A DNA stretch of 64,000 nt from a virus (lineage: Duplodnaviria > Caudoviricetes): the IMG/VR virus record IMGVR_UViG_3300029288_000115, positions 32,163 to 96,162 of that record. One strand, written 5' to 3'. Below, piece by piece: positions 59,528-64,000 of the stretch. The position numbers and the translations under genes are program-made. Position 1 is the first letter of the stretch, and each line of letters begins with the position of its first letter. A model generated the notes under the pieces. It searched no databases, had not been told where the DNA came from, and saw only the letters and a program-made list of their open reading frames with translations.

Positions 59528-60532
59528 TTATTCGTAATCCTCAACGGCCATCATTAATGCTTTCATAATATCAGGATTAGGTTGTGCAATTTCTACGGGT
59601 AATAAGTCGTCTCTGGTAGAATGATGAACATATATACTTCCTAATCGTAAAGCCTCTCTTGCTCTCTCATATAATAAATCTGAATTGTATCTATCATCTG
59701 AATCCATACCATCATCATCACACCAAATATTATTAGCAGCTCTCTCTTTAACCTTTTTAAGATCCGCACCATGGATACTACAATATTCATTTCCTACCCA
59801 AATGGATTCATCATTACACTTATTAATAATCACCTTAATATGTGTGCCGTGAACCTCATTAATATGCTGTATCCAAGAAACAACCTCAGCGTGCCACGCA
59901 TTTGATTCCTCAGTCTCATTTCCAACTTCTAAAATCATATAATCTGCATACTCCTTGGTTTCCTGCATTAATCTCTCCAGATACTTATACATATAATCTT
60001 TCATTCTTTCTGGATCGTTGCTATATTGATACTCCCAAGAACCTTCTCTAGCCCAAATATTATTAACATTATTATCCCTATTAAAAGGATGGTACTCAAA
60101 CTCACTTCTAATTGCCCAATTATCATACACCGAAACTATTACATGAATCCCGTACTTCTTAGCCAATTTAAGTAGGTTAACTATTCTCTTAAAATGTAAA
60201 GGCTCCAGTTGATTCAAATCCCATATTCTCTGGTCATTAACTACGTCAACAACTTTCCAAGGCATAACTCGCCATTGATTGCCACTACCATCCAAGCATC
60301 GTGGCAAAAGGCAAAAAACTCTAGTTATATTAATCTTATTCTCAGAAAAGGATTTGAAACACTCTTTCGCATCCCAATTACCACTCTCAGCTAAATTAGC
60401 GGTGATTATTGAATAACCAACCTTTTCTGCCGTTAATGGCACATCTGGTGTAATTATATCATCCGGCTTGCAACCATACCAACCTAAAATTAAAAAACAC
60501 AAAACACTAAATACTACTAATCCTTTCTTCAT
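59528..60532 (-). CDS. Lipoprotein with clan GH-A (GH5-like) glycoside hydrolase fold
   Basis: Lipobox-like LGWYGC; INITRVF, AKKYGIHVIVS, ILEVGNE, SIH motifs. Confidence 0.65.
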   Translation of the reverse strand: MKKGLVVFSVLCFLILGWYGCKPDDIITPDVPLTAEKVGYSIITANLAESGNWDAKECFKSFSENKINITRVFCLLPRCLDGSGNQWRVMPWKVVDVVNDQRIWDLNQLEPLHFKRIVNLLKLAKKYGIHVIVSVYDNWAIRSEFEYHPFNRDNNVNNIWAREGSWEYQYSNDPERMKDYMYKYLERLMQETKEYADYMILEVGNETEESNAWHAEVVSWIQHINEVHGTHIKVIINKCNDESIWVGNEYCSIHGADLKKVKERAANNIWCDDDGMDSDDRYNSDLLYERAREALRLGSIYVHHSTRDDLLPVEIAQPNPDIMKALMMAVEDYE

Positions 60533-60556
60533 TTTAACCTCCTTACGTTTACTATT

Positions 60557-60844
60557 TTAATCTATGTCCACATAGGTTTCAAAAAGAACTTCACACATAA
60601 AATCCCAAAAAGCCTTTGTTATTCGCAATCCAGAGGCCCCTCCTTGAATAAAACCCTCTTCCCTCCATCTTTGTAATATTTCACGCTCTCCCACATTTAT
60701 ATGAATAGGCTCTATTTTCTGTGCATTTGTCATAACATATTGAACATAAGGAATCAACCTTAATTCAATCGTTGATATCTTTCTACCAATTCGCTCTAAA
60801 GCTATTTTTTGACACTTTTCAGTTAATTCCCCCCTTTTACTCAT
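60557..60844 (-). CDS. Hypothetical phage protein
   Basis: GGAGG RBS; ELRLIPY motif. Confidence 0.55.
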   Translation of the reverse strand: MSKRGELTEKCQKIALERIGRKISTIELRLIPYVQYVMTNAQKIEPIHINVGEREILQRWREEGFIQGGASGLRITKAFWDFMCEVLFETYVDID

Positions 60845-61506
60845 TTTCTTATCCTCCTCTCTTTAAATCTCTTCTATAGTTACACGAACTTTCTTGGGTC
60901 TATATACGTTGTTATTGGGCTTACATACATGACTTGTTGGTATTGAAGCTTTAAAGTCCAAATGAAAATAAAAAGCGTGTTCCCAAAGAGGGTTCGTCCA
61001 ACCAATTAAACTTTTCTTTTTGTTCTTAGTTCTTATCTTACTCACCTCCTTTATTATTTTAATATTAAAACCAATCTAAAAAAATTAAAAGTATAAGCAT
61101 TCCACAACTTAAAAATCCCATAGTCAACAACTGCTCACTCAAATATATTATTCCAAATATGAAATTAAAGAGGCAAAAGATGCTCATCAAACCAAATATG
61201 ATATTAATTAATCTTTGCATATCTTCTCCATTATCCAAATCTTATCGAATATAGTCTCAATAGATATAAGATCTCTTCCAAAAATAGGCCAACAACCATC
61301 ATATGGCAAAAGATCTTTCCAACCCTTTCTCCATAATTCTTGAGCTTTCTCGGTTAAATCTTCTCTAATTCGCCAGCCTTTTGGAATATTTCTGGTCAGA
61401 GTTAGCATTAGATAACCAACGGGTAATAACCTATCCTTAGAAAATCCCTTTATCGTTTCTAATCTTTTTAATTGCTTTAATTTCTTTATCACTATTAACC
61501 TTCACA

Positions 61507-61695
61507 CTATAAAACTTCAAACTCTTTTATAATCTTACAAAGCATTTTTTCTGATACGGTACTTTTTCCAGTCTCTAATCGGCTTATCATTACTTGTGAA
61601 AGTCCAATATGCTTGCCAAATTCTGCTTGAGATAAGCCGTAGCTTCGTCTCAATTCACGAAGCTTTTCACCAAAAGTAATCATACTGAATTTCAT
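61507..61695 (-). CDS. XRE-family HTH regulator
   Basis: LRELR...LSQAEFG..IGLSQ..ISRLETGK. Confidence 0.9.
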   Translation of the reverse strand: MKFSMITFGEKLRELRRSYGLSQAEFGKHIGLSQVMISRLETGKSTVSEKMLCKIIKEFEVL

Positions 61696-61716
61696 CTTTC
61701 TTTCTCCTCCCTTCGT

Positions 61717-62007
61717 TCAATAAGTCCGACGTTCTATTCCCGCTCTCTTCGCCTCATTCCTTCCGCCTTCTAATCCCTTGTTATACCATTCCATTTTTGC
61801 GTCCTCTATTATCACATTTATAGCAGCCTCGGCTTCGGTGATTTCCTTCTCGTATTCAGGGGTAAATTGTCCAGAAGAATCTACTTTTAAAATTCTATAA
61901 CAATGTGTTTCAAATCTTTCTAAAATCTCCCTGACCTTGCTGGAAATTAACTTTATTTCTATTCTCTTTTTCCCCATCGCTATATCTCCTCTGTGGTTAA
62001 ATCCCAC
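61717..62007 (-). CDS. Hypothetical protein, paralog of 13561..13938 (likely start MGKK)
   Basis: Shared DNA and protein blocks. Confidence 0.6.
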   Translation of the reverse strand: MGFNHRGDIAMGKKRIEIKLISSKVREILERFETHCYRILKVDSSGQFTPEYEKEITEAEAAINVIIEDAKMEWYNKGLEGGRNEAKRAGIERRTY

Positions 62008-62019
62008 CCCACCACAAAC

Positions 62020-62979
62020 CTATCCTTCCTCATTGGGAACCTCCTTCTTAAAACTATTGTCTAATAGTTTTTCTTTATACCATTCAGGAAAACCCGCAAC
62101 CGCTTTTCTTAAAAGCCCGTCTTTAAAACAACTCCAGAGAAAATTCTTGATTTCTTCTTTTTCTTCCTCCTCAATATCTTTTCTAATAGCAATAAGAAGT
62201 TTCCCTATATCTTTGGGGGCATTCTCAAGTTCACCATTATCTCTTAAATGCTGAATTGATTTTAACCAGCGGGCTTCGGTTCTGTAACTTTCGATAAACA
62301 ACTCCCACTTGCCTTTATCGGTATGTTCTTTCCCCCAATTAGTTTTATGCTTTTCTTTAAATTTTTCCGAAACAAATTTACCCGCCATAAGCGGAATCGG
62401 TTGCCCCCCTAATAAAAATGGACGGGAATAATTTTTTACTACAAACCCCTCAATTTTAGTTCCACCTAAAACACTTTCGGTTTCTAATAAACTTAACAAA
62501 CTTATCTTGTCTTCAACTCGCCCCTTAAACAATAGAGGCACAACCTCAACATCAACCATTTTTGCAAAGCTGGTTAAATTATAATATTCAGATATAAAAG
62601 TCCCACCTTCGCTTGAAACACCAAAAAGAATAAGGTTGTTTGTCGGAGTTCTTTTGTATGCCAAAACGTTATGTCTGGGCGACTTAAGATATTCACAATA
62701 AAAAACTGTATTATTAGGAATTTTTTCTTTAATAGACAAAACATAATCAACCGCCAGAGAAAACATTTTATCTGGTGCGTCAGCAATAATTTCTTTCCCC
62801 TTACTTCGCATATACAATTCCCCATTAACCTTTCCAAAAACAAACTGACTTCCATCTATCTTTTCTGTTATTTCTACATCCTCATTAAAAAGGTCTCTAA
62901 TATAGTCTGTCCCTACCGTAAAAATCTTTGGAAATGCGTGTATCATCACTCCCCCTTCCCCAGCAGGCGAGTGCGGCAC
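62020..62979 (-). CDS. RNA ligase (Rnl2-like nucleotidyltransferase), likely start MIHAF
   Basis: TEKIDGS, E, F, VVP, EGFVVK, K motifs. Confidence 0.75.
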   Translation of the reverse strand: MPHSPAGEGGVMIHAFPKIFTVGTDYIRDLFNEDVEITEKIDGSQFVFGKVNGELYMRSKGKEIIADAPDKMFSLAVDYVLSIKEKIPNNTVFYCEYLKSPRHNVLAYKRTPTNNLILFGVSSEGGTFISEYYNLTSFAKMVDVEVVPLLFKGRVEDKISLLSLLETESVLGGTKIEGFVVKNYSRPFLLGGQPIPLMAGKFVSEKFKEKHKTNWGKEHTDKGKWELFIESYRTEARWLKSIQHLRDNGELENAPKDIGKLLIAIRKDIEEEEKEEIKNFLWSCFKDGLLRKAVAGFPEWYKEKLLDNSFKKEVPNEEG

Positions 62980-63398
62980 TGGTCAATTATTTCTAAACAT
63001 TTATCGCAACGGTGGATGCGTGGATGGTCTCCTGCGTGAATAACTTTTTTGCCAAAAAGCTGACAAATATGATTCTTTGTTGTTGGATGACGCTCGGGTG
63101 TAAAAAGATATTTGCAATTTATAGGACAAAACTTCAGCCCCTCAATCCTTCCGGCGAAGTAGGCGATACAGCTCTCCCTCATTTTCCAAGCTCCGTCATC
63201 AACACACCCCTTACACCCAGTTTCACAAGTATGTTTATGAGATTCTATACTCGGCAGCACCCCCTCAAGAGCAACTACCGTCTCGGCAAGGGAAAGAAGT
63301 TTTACTATTGTTTTTTTCTCTGCTTCATCCACATAACCGGCACAATACAGCCGCTTCATTAATTCCTTAAGCAATGCTAAATCTTCTCTGGTTATCAT
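62946..63398 (-). CDS. Hypothetical Cys-rich protein, paralog of 15307..15699
   Basis: Shared conserved blocks flanking different internal segments. Confidence 0.6.
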   Translation of the reverse strand: MITREDLALLKELMKRLYCAGYVDEAEKKTIVKLLSLAETVVALEGVLPSIESHKHTCETGCKGCVDDGAWKMRESCIAYFAGRIEGLKFCPINCKYLFTPERHPTTKNHICQLFGKKVIHAGDHPRIHRCDKCLEIIDQCRTRLLGKGE

Positions 63399-63862
63399 TT
63401 CGGCTCCTTTAATTTAAAATTCCTTTTCATTATGATATTAACTCCTTCTTCTGTCCCCCAGATATACCAACCCGATTCTTTATATTCTTCTTCTTGAGGC
63501 GGATTAGAGATTATTGTGGGATTTTTCTTACCTCCCGTTAAAAACTCTTTTAATTTACCTTTAAACATAATTTTAGCCTCACCCACACAACCCACTGGAG
63601 AAGCTAATAAAACAATATTTCTTTCTAATAAAGCTACAGACATATCATCACAACCAACACCCTCACCAAAAAAGAATTCCACCGCATAATATCCTTCTTT
63701 TTTAAATTCTTCTAACTTGTCTTGAAGTGGCATATAAGAATGAGTATCAAAATACTCATTTACATAATCATAAAATGCTAATCTTTGCCTATTGTCATCC
63801 CAAGACATTTTTAGTTTTTCTCTTGCATATTCAATCGCCTGATTTATTGTATATTTTCTCAT
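63395..63862 (-). CDS. Hypothetical protein
   Basis: Lies between two repeated junction linkers. Confidence 0.55.
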   Translation of the reverse strand: MRKYTINQAIEYAREKLKMSWDDNRQRLAFYDYVNEYFDTHSYMPLQDKLEEFKKEGYYAVEFFFGEGVGCDDMSVALLERNIVLLASPVGCVGEAKIMFKGKLKEFLTGGKKNPTIISNPPQEEEYKESGWYIWGTEEGVNIIMKRNFKLKEPK

Positions 63863-64000
63863 CTCAAATCACCCCTTCCTTCTTTAATCTTAATTCAAGT
63901 CCTCATCACTGAGTAAATCAAAATCTCCAGTATAAAAATCTTTGTCGCATTTATCACAATGAAATGTTACTTGCTCAAAACAAGATATATCAACCTCTGG

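Noticed and set aside
63857-64000. Terminal repeat or circular overlap
   Set aside because: Has a mismatch with the other copy and flanking genes differ, so it is an internal duplication.
1-64000. CRISPR array, DGR/retron, integrase, alternative genetic code
   Set aside because: No regularly spaced repeats, no reverse transcriptase or recombinase motifs, and long genes read intact in code 11.

Overview
A 64-kb segment of a large, AT-rich (roughly one-third GC by eye) dsDNA tailed bacteriophage. Essentially every real gene is on the minus strand, with bacterial Shine-Dalgarno sites and the standard code. Left end: T4-type head module (gp23-like capsid truncated by the window edge, gp21-like protease fused to a long scaffold, gp20-like portal with an HNH intein), interleaved with a tubulin/FtsZ homologue and a peptide deformylase. 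Next come a small-gene island, a sigma factor and the terminase. The middle is a replication/recombination block (SbcD-SbcC fusion, RecA/UvsX, SSB, UvsY, UDG-PolA fusion, clamp, clamp loader, UvsW, primase, DnaB, DnaC, ligase). It also carries a dispersed 7-deazaguanine DNA-modification pathway (folE, queD, queE, queC, dpdA), a pncA-pncB NAD-salvage pair and a vWA/PurA-like module. The right end is a second small-gene island. Most unusual observations: (1) two tRNA-shaped RNAs sharing D- and T-loops but with long, unrelated structured cargo in place of the anticodon arm, plus other intergenic stem-closed RNAs; (2) two islands about 48 kb apart built on the same gene-junction linkers but with different cargo genes; (3) an unannotated 51-aa ORF just upstream of the portal that copies a conserved portal segment. 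All product calls come from motif recognition by eye; no database searches were run.
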